A stretch of DNA of 64,000 bases from Bdellovibrionales bacterium (GTDB taxonomy: Bacteria; Bdellovibrionota; Bdellovibrionia; Bdellovibrionales; UBA1609): NCBI GenBank assembly GCA_965261545.1, contig CBDHDF010000002.1, positions 480,001-544,000 of the forward strand, given 5' to 3'. Under the pieces are notes generated by a model. It was not told where the DNA came from and ran no database searches. It saw only the letters and a list, made by a program, of their open reading frames with translations. Position 1 is the stretch's first letter. Each line of letters starts with the position of its first letter. Made by a program: the position numbers and the translations under genes. Shown here in pieces: positions 21,593-31,639 of the stretch.

Positions 21593-21936
21593 AAAAGGAA
21601 AAAATGTCAATTATATAACCTGACCTAATTATCGTGTGTTCATTCTGTGTAAACTACTAATATTATTGTGGAATAACTGTCAACTCGCGCTCTATTAATA
21701 TGAGATATACTGTTGTTCTATAATTTATAGAAAGTATCAATTAGGTCGGCTGTTGGGCAGTATCTCTTGATTAATGTACAGAGTTTAGACACTATGAACA
21801 CACGATAACTAGGTCAAGTTACAATTATACATTGACGAATAATATGGGGCTGTGCTTTTTACCAGGAGTGGAGCCACATAAGTGGCTTTAAGATTTAAGA
21901 AAAAAATTGCAGTTACACAATTATTTTTACAGTCCC
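21593..21936 (+). mobile_element. Isolated end fragment of the IS256 element, carrying a MITE insertion
   Basis: Reverse complement of ~24812-24938 once the MITE is removed. Confidence 0.85.
21616..21821. mobile_element. MITE, 206 bp
   Basis: 28-bp TIR TAAC(C/T)TGACCTA(A/G)TTATCGTGTGTTCAT; 8-bp TSD CAATTATA; empty site visible near 24920. Confidence 0.92.
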
Positions 21937-22245
21937 GACAGAACCAAGAACCCAGACGTCTTAAGCCATAGGTTTGTGCTTGCTGTCAAAGGTTCTCACA
22001 GCATTTAAAATGAATGAAGTAAAATTGCATCTGAATCTTTCCGATATAATGATATAATAATTGGTTCTGGCTTCGCCAGGTTAGTTTTATATGATCTAAC
22101 AACTTTACGTTTCGAGAGTACGAGAACAGATTTAGGAGATTTACGCCACTTTGGTTATAGCCCTTTATTTAAAGTCTAAAATTGTATCTGCCGAATGAAA
22201 ATAAAGGAGTCATAAGGTTTTTCTATCGCACCCTCTCCTTTTTTC

Positions 22246-22411
22246 GTAACTGCTCACCCCCTGGCGATCTGTTTCGTCACCTGCGGTAGCGACTTCCTTC
22301 GACGTACCCAAAAGTACGTCTCCAGTCGTCGCCGCCTTGGTTCCTCGCATCTCATCCAGGCTGTGAGTAGTTACCGTGCTTTAAAGCAAGACCAAGGGGG
22401 TGAGTAGTTAC
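22246..22411. mobile_element. IS66-derived MITE, 166 bp, with a doubled right end (22374 and 22411)
   Basis: GTAACTGCTCAC...GTGAGTAGTTAC termini; 8-bp TSD CTTTTTTC; matches the IS66 end at 27781-27792. Confidence 0.85.
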
Positions 22412-22451
22412 CTTTTTTCTTTATTAGAACAAGCCACCGGAGGTACGAAAG

Positions 22452-23879
22452 ATGATATATCCCATAAAAGAAAGAATAACCCGAAGATATCTTGCTTTAT
22501 TATTTTATGTTTTTTCTTTGACTCTTGTGGGTTGTCAATTTGGCGATAAAAAATCGACATCAAATGCAGGTAACAGTCAACAGGAGCAGAGCCAACAGAG
22601 TGAAGATATAGAAGGTGAAGGTGGTGAAGATGATGGAGAAGAAAATAAATTGGCATTTAATGACCTGGAGCTTCTCACGTTAGAAAATGTAGACTTTTAC
22701 CAAGTGGAAGGGAGATGTCTTTCAACCTTAGGACCAGTCACCATTGCTGTTGAGCACCCTCATGTGGAGCAAGTTGTAGATTGTAAAGTAGGGGATACTT
22801 TTTCAGGAATTTTTGATTTGAGAAGAATAACTTCAACCCCTCTTATCATCGTAGCAACCCAAGGTTCTAAAATTATCACAGATTCATCTGTAGAAAACAA
22901 CATTCAACACTTTATAAGTGAGTGGAATTTTGATCAAGAGGATTATCTTTTTGTCTTTCCCATTAAAGAGAACTTAAACTATAACTTTATTATTGATTGG
23001 GGCGATGGTAGCTATCAAGATGAAGTGACATCTTTTGATGATTCGGATAAGACTCACACCTATACTGAAACTGGAAATTATACGATCACTGTCATGGGAC
23101 TCTGTGAGGGTTTTGAGAATGCCCTAGGTGATGAGGTCGGAAACGATTCTCATCACCTTGTAAGAGTTTTAAATTTAGGTCATGTGGGTTGGAATGATTT
23201 ATCTTATGCTTTTTCAAAAAACAAGTATCTCACAGATTTTTCTGGAGGAAACGTCTCTCAGGTGACCGACATGTCTTATATGTTTTATGGGTCCTACAAA
23301 GTCACCCCAGAAGTGAGTGGTTGGGAGACATCTCAAGTGACAGATATGTCTAACATGTTTCATAGTGCTCTCAAAGCCAATCCAGAAGTGAGTGGTTGGG
23401 AGACATCTCAAGTAAAAAATATGTCTGGTATGTTTTCCAATGCCGATCGGGCCACTCCCGATGTGAGTGATTGGGATACGTCTCAAGTGACAGATATGTC
23501 GGGTATGTTTAGTGTTGCGACGATTATTAACCCCGATGTGAGTGATTGGGATACGTCTCAAGTGACCAATATGTCTTATATGTTTTATCGCTCTCGAGCT
23601 GCAAACCCTTATACAGCCACATGGGATTTAAGTCGCATCGATAGTATCGAAAATATTTTTGATAAAATAACAGGCTTATCTATTGAAAACTATTCCACAT
23701 TTCTTATGACGGCGGCTCAAACAGTGCCTGAGGAGACCTCTGGCTCTAAAAGCATAGGAGCTAAGTTTTCCATTGGAACTCAGTACAGTGCTCAGGCAGA
23801 ATCGGATCGATCGACCTTGTTGAGTCGAGGTTGGACGATCAATGATGGTGGCTTGGCTCCTGAAGACCTTGATGAGTGA
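22452..23879 (+). CDS. Divergent DUF285/BspA-like lipoprotein (one PKD-like domain, ~5 repeats)
   Basis: Lipobox LVGC; acidic linker; FIIDWGDG; W(E/D)TSQVTDMSxMF repeats; GWTINDGG C-cap. Confidence 0.88.
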   Translation: MIYPIKERITRRYLALLFYVFSLTLVGCQFGDKKSTSNAGNSQQEQSQQSEDIEGEGGEDDGEENKLAFNDLELLTLENVDFYQVEGRCLSTLGPVTIAVEHPHVEQVVDCKVGDTFSGIFDLRRITSTPLIIVATQGSKIITDSSVENNIQHFISEWNFDQEDYLFVFPIKENLNYNFIIDWGDGSYQDEVTSFDDSDKTHTYTETGNYTITVMGLCEGFENALGDEVGNDSHHLVRVLNLGHVGWNDLSYAFSKNKYLTDFSGGNVSQVTDMSYMFYGSYKVTPEVSGWETSQVTDMSNMFHSALKANPEVSGWETSQVKNMSGMFSNADRATPDVSDWDTSQVTDMSGMFSVATIINPDVSDWDTSQVTNMSYMFYRSRAANPYTATWDLSRIDSIENIFDKITGLSIENYSTFLMTAAQTVPEETSGSKSIGAKFSIGTQYSAQAESDRSTLLSRGWTINDGGLAPEDLDE

Positions 23880-24014
23880 GTCGCCGCCGCAGGTGACGAA
23901 GCAGTCGCCAGGGAGTGAGCAGTTAACCATGCTCTTTGCAATGCGCACCATTTAAGGGAGCTTCAAAGGGCTTGGGAGCAAGATGATCAAAAGAATTCGA
24001 TGAGTTTCTCAAGT

Positions 24015-24425
24015 CTTGAGGAACTTTCACTTTAATGCTTAGGGCCGGATTCTTGGCGAGAACCCCTTCCTCCACAGCCATTTCAAAGATTCGTTTCACC
24101 ATCTTTAAAAGATTGTTTTGGTAATGCTTTGCATATGGGGTCATAAGTAAACGACACCAACAGCTTCAAAAAGAAATTTACGGATATCTTGAACATTGAT
24201 ATCTTCAAGATATTTTTCCACAAACTCCTTGGGAAGCCATTTCTTGAGACCACCATCATAGCCCTGCACAGTGGAGGCTTTATAAGAAAGTGCCATCTGT
24301 TTAAGGCATTCTTGATGCCACTCCCTCCAAGTCCAACGAAGATATCCACCCTTAATAAGTTGATGAAGTTCGTTCGTAACTGCTCGCACCTTACATAGGA
24401 ATTTCTCCCTTGAGAGCCATATTGA
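24015..24425 (-). pseudogene. Frameshifted N-terminal fragment of a tyrosine integrase related to 31640-32806
   Basis: WTWREWHQECLKQM..STVQGYDGGLKKWLP and FEMAVEEG..NPALSIKVKVPQ align by eye with the intact integrase. Confidence 0.85.
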
Positions 24426-24811
24426 CTTGACTTCGTGGTCGTTTTTATACACAACACTCCTTAATTAAATTCTTATCTACAGATTTTAAAATTAGTTTTT
24501 GGCGTTTACTAAGAATGACTGTTCTAATAAATTGATGTTTTTTCCTTTTATCATATAAATAAACCCTATACATACTTTCTAAATCTTTAAGAGCCTTTAA
24601 AGGAGAAATATCCATATCTTTCAAGTGCATCCTCAGGATAGAAAGTATTAAATAAGATAAATAACAGATAAAAACATGTGCAACAACTCTATTTGAAAGC
24701 CAATGACGTACTGGACGCAAATTAGATACTCCCTTCAAAGTACGAAAAGATTTTTCTACTATATCTTTATCAAAGTATAGTTTTATCATTTCTTTGTTTT
24801 GAATATTTTTT
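24426..24811 (-). mobile_element. 3' fragment of an IS1634-family element
   Basis: LYFDKDIVEKSFRTLKG..LRPVRH..AHVFICYLSY, similar to the C-terminus of 60395-61915. Confidence 0.85.
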
Positions 24812-26503
24812 GGGACTGTAAAAATAATTGTGTAACTGCAATTTTTTTCTTAAATCTTAAAGCCACTTATGTGGCTCCACTCCTGGTAAAAAGCACAGCC
24901 CCATATTATTCGTCAATGTATAATTGACATTTTTTCCTTCAAGCGATTTTGTCAGTCACAATGCATTATAATTTAATGGGGAGATGGAGCCGTAATGGGA
25001 TCATATCAGAACTGGAAAGAACTCAAATAAATAATTATCATCTTGGTTGGAAAAAAATCAGCAATGGTTCTCTCAAAAAAATGGAAATTCCAATCTCATC
25101 AAAGGGTTCATGTGTTTAGGTTCCCATACTATATTACCCTAACCATAGTCTCGTATTCCAGCATTTCTGTCAACGCCTTAGAGGGCTTTTAAGCCCTCTT
25201 ATAAGGGGACCTTATTTATTAAAAAACTTAGTTGTCAAAACGGTCACCGTATTCAATGGCAAACCTGTTCATGGCTGGCTTCCAGTTGTGTAATGGTCGT
25301 GTCCATCGCTTAGAGGCCATTTTTATCGCTAAATATACAACTTTTAAAGCCGACCGATCACTGGGAAATATCTTACGATTTCTGATCGCCTTGCGGATCA
25401 CGCTATTTAACGACTCTATGGCGTTTGTGGTATAAAAAATCTTTCTGATTTCATCCGGATAATCGAAAATAGTGATGAGATTGTCCCAATTCCTACGCCA
25501 AGACTTTTCAATATTCGGATACTTTGAAGACCACTTGGTACAAAATTCCTCAAGGGCCTTTTCAGCTTCTGTCAGAGTCGTAGAGCCATAAATGGACTTG
25601 AGGTCTTGGGCGACAGCTTTCATATTCTTGGAAGGAACATAGCGAAGGGAATTGCGGACCATATGGACAATGCACAGTTGCACTTTAGACTTGGGAAAAG
25701 CCGCTGAAATGGCTTGAGGAAAACCTGTAAGACCATCTACAGAAAATATAAATACGTCTTTCAACCCTCGATTTTGCAGCTCAGTCAAAACACTCAACCA
25801 AAACTTTGAACCCTCATTTTCAGAAATCCATAGGCCCAACAAGTCTTTCTGACCCTCCTCTGTAATACCAAGAGCTAGGTAAATCGCCTTATTAATAACT
25901 CTCTTGTCTTGATGGACCTTCACCACGATACAGTCCAAAAATACGATAGGGTAAGTGCTATCCAAGGGGCGGTTCTGCCAAGCCGTAACTTCATCAATAA
26001 CAGCATCCGTCACGTTGGCTATCACTGAGTGGGATATCTCTGCACCATGGTAGAGGTCTTTGATAGCTCCTTGAATATCCCTGGTCGTCATTCCCCTCGC
26101 ATAGAGGGTCAGAATACTGTCTTCAAAGCCCTCAAGACGAGTCTTGCCTTTGGGAATGACTTGGGGCTCAAAGGAGGCACTTCGGTCACGGGGGACCTGA
26201 AGCTCCACCTCGCCTTTCTCTCCCTTTATGGTCTTTCTACTGTAACCATTGCGAGTGTTGGATTTGCGGGTCTCAGACTTCTCATGCCTCTCATAACCTA
26301 GGTGATCGTCCATTTCCGCATTAAGAGCTGTCTCTAAAACAACCTTCATCAGTTGATCCGTTATGTCGGATAAATCCTTTTGGGTCTTGACCTTCTTCGC
26401 TAGTTCCTTGCCTATTGTCTTGATATCCATTCTGCCTTCTCCTTTCAGGATGATAGTTCATCCTAATATGATTCGGCAGTTACACAAAATAGTTTACAGG
26501 CTC
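24812..26503 (-). mobile_element. IS256-family insertion sequence
   Basis: Imperfect TIRs GGGACTGTAAAAATAATTGTGTAACTGC / GAGCCTGTAAACTATTTTGTGTAACTGC; no TSD. Confidence 0.9.
25228..26430 (-). CDS. IS256-family (Mutator-like) transposase
   Basis: RNGY, VPRDR..FEPQ, YPIVFLD, DGLTGF, QLCIVH, TTNAIES motifs. Confidence 0.95.
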   Translation of the reverse strand: MDIKTIGKELAKKVKTQKDLSDITDQLMKVVLETALNAEMDDHLGYERHEKSETRKSNTRNGYSRKTIKGEKGEVELQVPRDRSASFEPQVIPKGKTRLEGFEDSILTLYARGMTTRDIQGAIKDLYHGAEISHSVIANVTDAVIDEVTAWQNRPLDSTYPIVFLDCIVVKVHQDKRVINKAIYLALGITEEGQKDLLGLWISENEGSKFWLSVLTELQNRGLKDVFIFSVDGLTGFPQAISAAFPKSKVQLCIVHMVRNSLRYVPSKNMKAVAQDLKSIYGSTTLTEAEKALEEFCTKWSSKYPNIEKSWRRNWDNLITIFDYPDEIRKIFYTTNAIESLNSVIRKAIRNRKIFPSDRSALKVVYLAIKMASKRWTRPLHNWKPAMNRFAIEYGDRFDN

Positions 26504-26836
26504 TAGAAAAATCTTTTCGTACTTTGAAGGGAGTATCTAATTTGCGTCCAGTACGTCATTGGCTTTCAAATAGAGTTGTTGCACATGTTTTTATCTGTTA
26601 TTTATCTTATTTAATACTTTCTATCCTGAGGATGCACTTGAAAGATATGGATATTTCTCCTTTAAAGGCTCTTAAAGATTTAGAAAGTATGTATAGGGTT
26701 TATTTATATGATAAAAGGAAAAAACATCAATTTATTAGAACAGTCATTCTTAGTAAACGCCAAAAACTAATTTTAAAATCTGTAGATAAGAATTTAATTA
26801 AGGAGTGTTGTGTATAAAAACGACCACGAAGTCAAG
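26504..26836 (+). mobile_element. Second IS1634 3' fragment, inverted copy of ~24426-24758
   Basis: Matches the reverse complement of the fragment left of IS256. Confidence 0.88.
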
Positions 26837-27792
26837 CCAAGATACCTCCATACCTGTCCAATATGCCAATATCTTTGATGGCATCTTTTCCACGGGAAGG
26901 ATGGATGAACTGCAATGTAAGATCACCACAGCTATAAGTATGAATCCAGTAGTTCTTCTTATTGACTCTCATGGAGGTTTCGTCAACATGAATGACCACA
27001 GACTCAAGGATTTGTTGTTTTGCCCATTGTTCCCACTCTTGAAGAGATTCGCTCAGTTGAGAAATATACTTCAACATGGTTGAGGGTGAGATAAAGCGGC
27101 CAACGAGACCCTTGTAGTGTTCACCAACACGCTGGAGAGACATCATTTGAATGACAATAAAATTAATAATTGAGGCCCTAATGCCAATACCATATTGGAT
27201 CGGTCCATCTATGCCCTCTGGGAATGGGCCTTTGTTTTCTGTACCACATTCATGGCACTCTTTGATTTCAGAGGTGACAGTGTGGGTGTTTATCTCATAG
27301 AGAATATCAATTTTTTTACGCTCTTCGGAGCCTTTCATCTCAGTTTCCTTCAAATCGGCCCCACATTTAGAGCAATTTGAGGAGACACTGTTTCCTTGCT
27401 CTCTGTGTCCTTACTGTTATCGAGCCTTGATCCTTTCTTGCTGTCTTCCTCAGCCCCTTCCTTATTACGGTTCCCATTGCTACCAGAGTTCTGAGAAGGG
27501 GGCAGCCCACTATTGCTGGAGTTTTTACGAGTCTTTTTTTCCAAAAATAAAGTCACTACAACTGTGAGAATGGTCAGCATGGACTGAATAAATAGTTTAG
27601 TCTCTCGTGGGATACTCTTGTCAGAAAGAATCTTCTTAGATTCCTTCTGGAGGTTTTCAATTTCGCTTCGTAAGGATTGTTTTCTTGTATTCACGAAAGA
27701 ATTATTAAATGGGGAGGCTTGAGAATCAATACTTTAGTATAAAAATGGTCTTTAGGCTAAAAGTCTGGTGTAGAAGGGGTGCGAGTAGTTAC
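26837..27792 (-). pseudogene. IS66-family (single-ORF, ISBst12-like) transposase, frameshifted and 3'-truncated, with left end
   Basis: KNSSNSGLPPS, zinc-finger Cys pairs, VIHVDETS..W motifs in ORFs 27350-27694 and 26832-27353; GTAACTACTCGC end at 27792. Confidence 0.88.
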
Positions 27793-27863
27793 AAATTAAA
27801 AAGAAATGTAAGCAAGAAATGTAAACCCATTTTTACTAAAGATTAAGATAAGGAGAAATATTT

Positions 27864-28379
27864 ATGAAAAAGATGTTGTACCTCATAACTTTGTGTCTAA
27901 GCATGTGGCCTTTTGCGAAATCAAAAGCCGACTCAACCAACATTGGGAATATCTTTGGAAATATTGATGAAAAACGAAGAGTCGTAGGTTATGGGGGAGA
28001 ATTTTTACCACCCAGACCTGTGTATCCCATGGTTTCGCCGAAAACATTCATAGTCACTCCCTCTTTAAAGGAAAGGTTTTTGAAACGACTTCCATCGTAT
28101 AACTCGAACTACTCGAATGATTACCAACGAGATGATGGAGAAGGTGCTCAAGTACCGCAAGCTCTAATTGCGGAGGCTTGTGAAAATTTCTATGAACAGG
28201 GGCTCGTGGATGAAGTCCAACTATGTTTAGAAAATCTAGAAGTAGAGAGCCTAGAAAATTTAGAGAGTTTAGATAATACACAAGTTATTGAAGAACTTAT
28301 GAGCCATGGAATATTAGATGAAGCAGTTATTTCTGAAAGTGTTCAATGTTTCGACCCAAGTTTTGATCCAACGAAATAA
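27864..28379 (+). CDS. Secreted hypothetical protein (171 aa)
   Basis: RBS AAGGAG; Sec signal MKKMLYLITLCLSMWPFAKSKA; acidic C-terminal half. Confidence 0.8.
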   Translation: MKKMLYLITLCLSMWPFAKSKADSTNIGNIFGNIDEKRRVVGYGGEFLPPRPVYPMVSPKTFIVTPSLKERFLKRLPSYNSNYSNDYQRDDGEGAQVPQALIAEACENFYEQGLVDEVQLCLENLEVESLENLESLDNTQVIEELMSHGILDEAVISESVQCFDPSFDPTK

Positions 28380-28384
28380 TAAGA

Positions 28385-28582
28385 ATGTCAGAGCGAGTTT
28401 GTAGGTTTCTTATTCTTATCTGTACCTTATTAGCCACATTTCTTTATATAGGATTTAATATGAAGGATACCAGTATAAATTTAAAAGTTTTAAGGGTAGC
28501 TTTTCCTCAATACCATTCGGTTAAGGCCAGTGGCAAGGAGATATTTACTGAACGGCATGGTGTCCTTCCTGAGACATCCTGA
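28385..28582 (+). pseudogene. Probable truncated N-terminus of a membrane-anchored solute-binding protein
   Basis: TM helix then KVLRVAFP, resembling ILKVGYP of the SBP at 63142; degenerates after ~28526. Confidence 0.5.
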
Positions 28583-28619
28583 AAAAATGAAGGATGTCTC
28601 CAGAATGAGCCGACCTCAT

Positions 28620-28823
28620 TTACTTATGATCTAATACGCCTTGTTTTTCTCTTGGCCCTTTCGAGTTGCTGAGTAGAGCATCTGTAAACTTAGTTGTTGG
28701 AGTCAAGCCACGAAGAATTTGCTTCGTAGCTACTTCTTGGAAGAATTGAAAAACCTCCACGGCAGAAAAATACATAAAGACCCAAAATAAAGTGCCTACA
28801 ATTAAATCAGTTAATGCTTTCAT
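28620..28823 (-). CDS. Small membrane protein, hypothetical
   Basis: RBS GGAGG; N-terminal hydrophobic helix. Confidence 0.6.
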   Translation of the reverse strand: MKALTDLIVGTLFWVFMYFSAVEVFQFFQEVATKQILRGLTPTTKFTDALLSNSKGPREKQGVLDHK

Positions 28824-28909
28824 GATATACCTCCATTTATGGTTTGAGTTTGACCCTCACTCTTTGGTGAGGGTGTTTATTTCACTTTTTCAAGCTCCAA
28901 TTCTAGATA

Positions 28910-31057
28910 GTTCCTGTCCAGGGAAGAAAGTTAAGTAGTTTTAAGTATTTACATGCCTTCCCTTTAGATTTTATGCTTTAAAATGGAGTCCATCAAACAT
29001 AATCCGTGTAAATTCAGTTACTTACATAAAACGGAAAAATAAAATAAGTTCCCCCCCCCCCTCTCTTGACGAACCTTTCACAGCCCCTCCCTTTCAGTGA
29101 CTTATGTGGCTATCAACTGGTTACTTGATATGAGAGGAAGAGTTGGATCAACCTGTGTTTCCACCGTGGTGATTTCAAACCTCCTTCAGGGAAATAACAT
29201 TACGTTGCGCATCAACTTCAAAAAATACTTGACGTGTTTTTTCAGAGAAATAATTTTTGATATTTTATTCTTCATTTATTTTTTATGTAGGTTTTAGGAG
29301 GCGTGGGAACCTCTCTATGAGGTAGAATTCTTATCCATGTTCTCCGAGAACCTCTCTGATTTTTTTCTTCTTAAAAGACATCCTTGCTCACTTTTTTCCC
29401 TCAAAAAAACGTATGTTAATATAAAAATTAAAGAGAAACTTTCACCAAAGGGGGGACTATGCGCCATTTGAAGAAGACACAGTTGGGACTCTTTTCCCAA
29501 TATCCTAACCACCAACTCAGTACAGAATTGCAGCAAATTAATAACATCATTGATCGCCATCCAGAGTTTGCCCATATGGTTCATGAAGACCTTGTTAAAG
29601 AAAAGAAAGATTCTGGTGATATTGGTATGACATCGGAGCAAGTTCTCAAGGTGGCTATTCTTAAATCCATAAGAGGTCTTTCCTATCGTGCGTTAGCCTT
29701 TAATCTTGTCGATTCAGTATCCACCAGAGCTTTTCTGGGCCTTGAATTGGAAGAAAATTACGCTCACTCCACCTTACAGGACTTGATTGTTCAAATAAGT
29801 GAAGAAACTTGGGGAATTATTAGCGCCTCTTTAGTTTCAGATGCAAGAGATCAAAAGATTGAGCCGTGTAAGAAAATGAGATTGGACAGTACAGTGACGA
29901 AATCAAATATTCATCATCCAACGGATGCATCGCTTTTATATGACTGCATAAGAGTTACAGAAAGAGAATTTAAAAAAGTTCGTAAAAATGTCATGAAAGA
30001 TTTTTGGCGACTTATTTCAAGAGAAGATCTTAAGAGAGCAAAAACCTTGCTTTACAAAATTAATAATTCCAAAAATGATGCGGAAAGACTACCTTGCTAT
30101 AAGGAGCTTTTAAAAATCGCTACCAAATTGAACAAAGGATTACCTGATACCATCAGAAAGATAAAAAAAGAACAAAAATGTGTGAAGATGAATGCTTTGA
30201 AAAAGAGTCTAAAACAGTTAGAAAATGTTGCCTTCTACCTGGAAAAAATCATCTTTCAAACTCAAAAAAGAGTTATTGAGGGGAAAAAAGTATCTTCTGA
30301 AAAAAAGGTCCTATCCATCTTTGAACCGCATACAGACATTATTGTAAAGGGGCAAAGAGAAGTCGAGTTTGGGCATAAAATCTTTCTGACCTCAGGGCAA
30401 AGCAACATGATTTTAGATTGTCAGATCCCTGATGGCAACCCCGCAGACTCTGATATGTTTTTAAAAGTTATGAATTCAGTGACACAAACCTATGGGGCTT
30501 GCCCTGTAAAAGTAAGTGCAGATGGTGGGTTTGCTTCAAAAGAAAATCTTGAAGAGGCCAAAGAGATGGGGGCTAAAGATGTTTGCTTCCCAGAAAAAAA
30601 AGGAATGAAAATATTAAAGATGGTTAAAAGTGCTTGGGTCTTTAAAAATCTTCTCAATTGGAGAGCCGGAATAGAGGCTGTTATTTCATTCCTTAAGAGA
30701 TGTTTTGGTATGAGAGTTGCTTACTGGAAAGGGCATGATGGTTTTAAGAGGTATGTAAAGAATGCCGTTTGTGCCTATAATTTTGTTGTCTTGGCAAGAC
30801 ATGAATTATCAACTGTCACCTAAATTTATCCATTAGGAATAACAGCAATGGACCAGGTCGAAGGTGCTAAAATCTTCCAAAGGTAGGGGTGCGTCTTCAA
30901 ATCGAAAAAACTAGGGCGCAAGTCGCTTAAAGACCTTTTTCCCCTTAATCTGTAGAGTTTGTGTGGCAAATCTCCAACTCTCACTCCCCCATTGAGGCAT
31001 TGGGAGGCTCAATGGGGAGTGTCAGAGAACAAAAAATGGGCCTTTCTGGACAGAAAC
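28910..31057 (+). mobile_element. IS5-like/ISNCY (ISDol1-like) insertion sequence, copy A
   Basis: TIR GTTCCTGTCCAG / CTGGACAGAAAC; 6-bp TSD TAGATA. Confidence 0.92.
29459..30823 (+). CDS. IS5-like DDE transposase
   Basis: RLDSTV..NIHHPTD..LL, SIFEPHT, EFGHK, ADGGF, RAGIEAVIS.LKR motifs. Confidence 0.9.
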   Translation: MRHLKKTQLGLFSQYPNHQLSTELQQINNIIDRHPEFAHMVHEDLVKEKKDSGDIGMTSEQVLKVAILKSIRGLSYRALAFNLVDSVSTRAFLGLELEENYAHSTLQDLIVQISEETWGIISASLVSDARDQKIEPCKKMRLDSTVTKSNIHHPTDASLLYDCIRVTEREFKKVRKNVMKDFWRLISREDLKRAKTLLYKINNSKNDAERLPCYKELLKIATKLNKGLPDTIRKIKKEQKCVKMNALKKSLKQLENVAFYLEKIIFQTQKRVIEGKKVSSEKKVLSIFEPHTDIIVKGQREVEFGHKIFLTSGQSNMILDCQIPDGNPADSDMFLKVMNSVTQTYGACPVKVSADGGFASKENLEEAKEMGAKDVCFPEKKGMKILKMVKSAWVFKNLLNWRAGIEAVISFLKRCFGMRVAYWKGHDGFKRYVKNAVCAYNFVVLARHELSTVT

Positions 31058-31364
31058 TAGATATTCAGAGAGTCCGTAAGACAATTCCAAAATGGCCTAG
31101 AAATGGGTCAGTCTGCTCTTTGAAACCCCCAGCTTAGAACTCAGAGGGGGTGGTAAAACGGGGGATAAGGAAAGAGAAGGTCGCCACAATGCGCAGCGTA
31201 AAGCTTTGTACAATCTGTGAAGCAATAGCTGTGGGGCAGCCATTGCACCGAATCAAACACCGGGCAAAGCACCAACTCCAACCCCTCAGCCTGACCAGTT
31301 CCAATCCCGTCCGTCCGTTTTGGCCTCCTGTTAGGACAGCACCTCAAAAATCCAAGATGGGATC

Positions 31365-31594
31365 GGTCACCCAAAGGTCACCCAAAAGTCACCCAACTTT
31401 GAAATAGTCTGAAATTCTCACAAATACAAAGACCCAGAGAGTTTCTCACTTGTGTATTATTAAGTACTTAGAACGATTGAGGAATTAAGAATGTAGCGAA
31501 AAGAGGTGTCGCAGCTTGGTCAGCCCGACTGTAATTGATGTAAGTATTTGTAATCACTAACTTCTCTAAAGCCAATGTCAACAATGGTCAACAC
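31365..31594. other. Putative att region with integrase arm-type repeats
   Basis: 3x GTCACCCAA at 11-bp spacing (31366-31396) and 2x GTCAACA at 11-bp spacing (31577-31594), immediately downstream of the integrase. Confidence 0.5.
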
Positions 31595-31639
31595 CCTTTT
31601 TAAGGGATGTCTTCTGAAATAGTGCCTTAATCGTGCCCT

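Noticed and set aside
31490..31535. tRNA-like sequence
   Set aside because: Only a D-arm-like fragment; no anticodon arm, T-arm or acceptor stem
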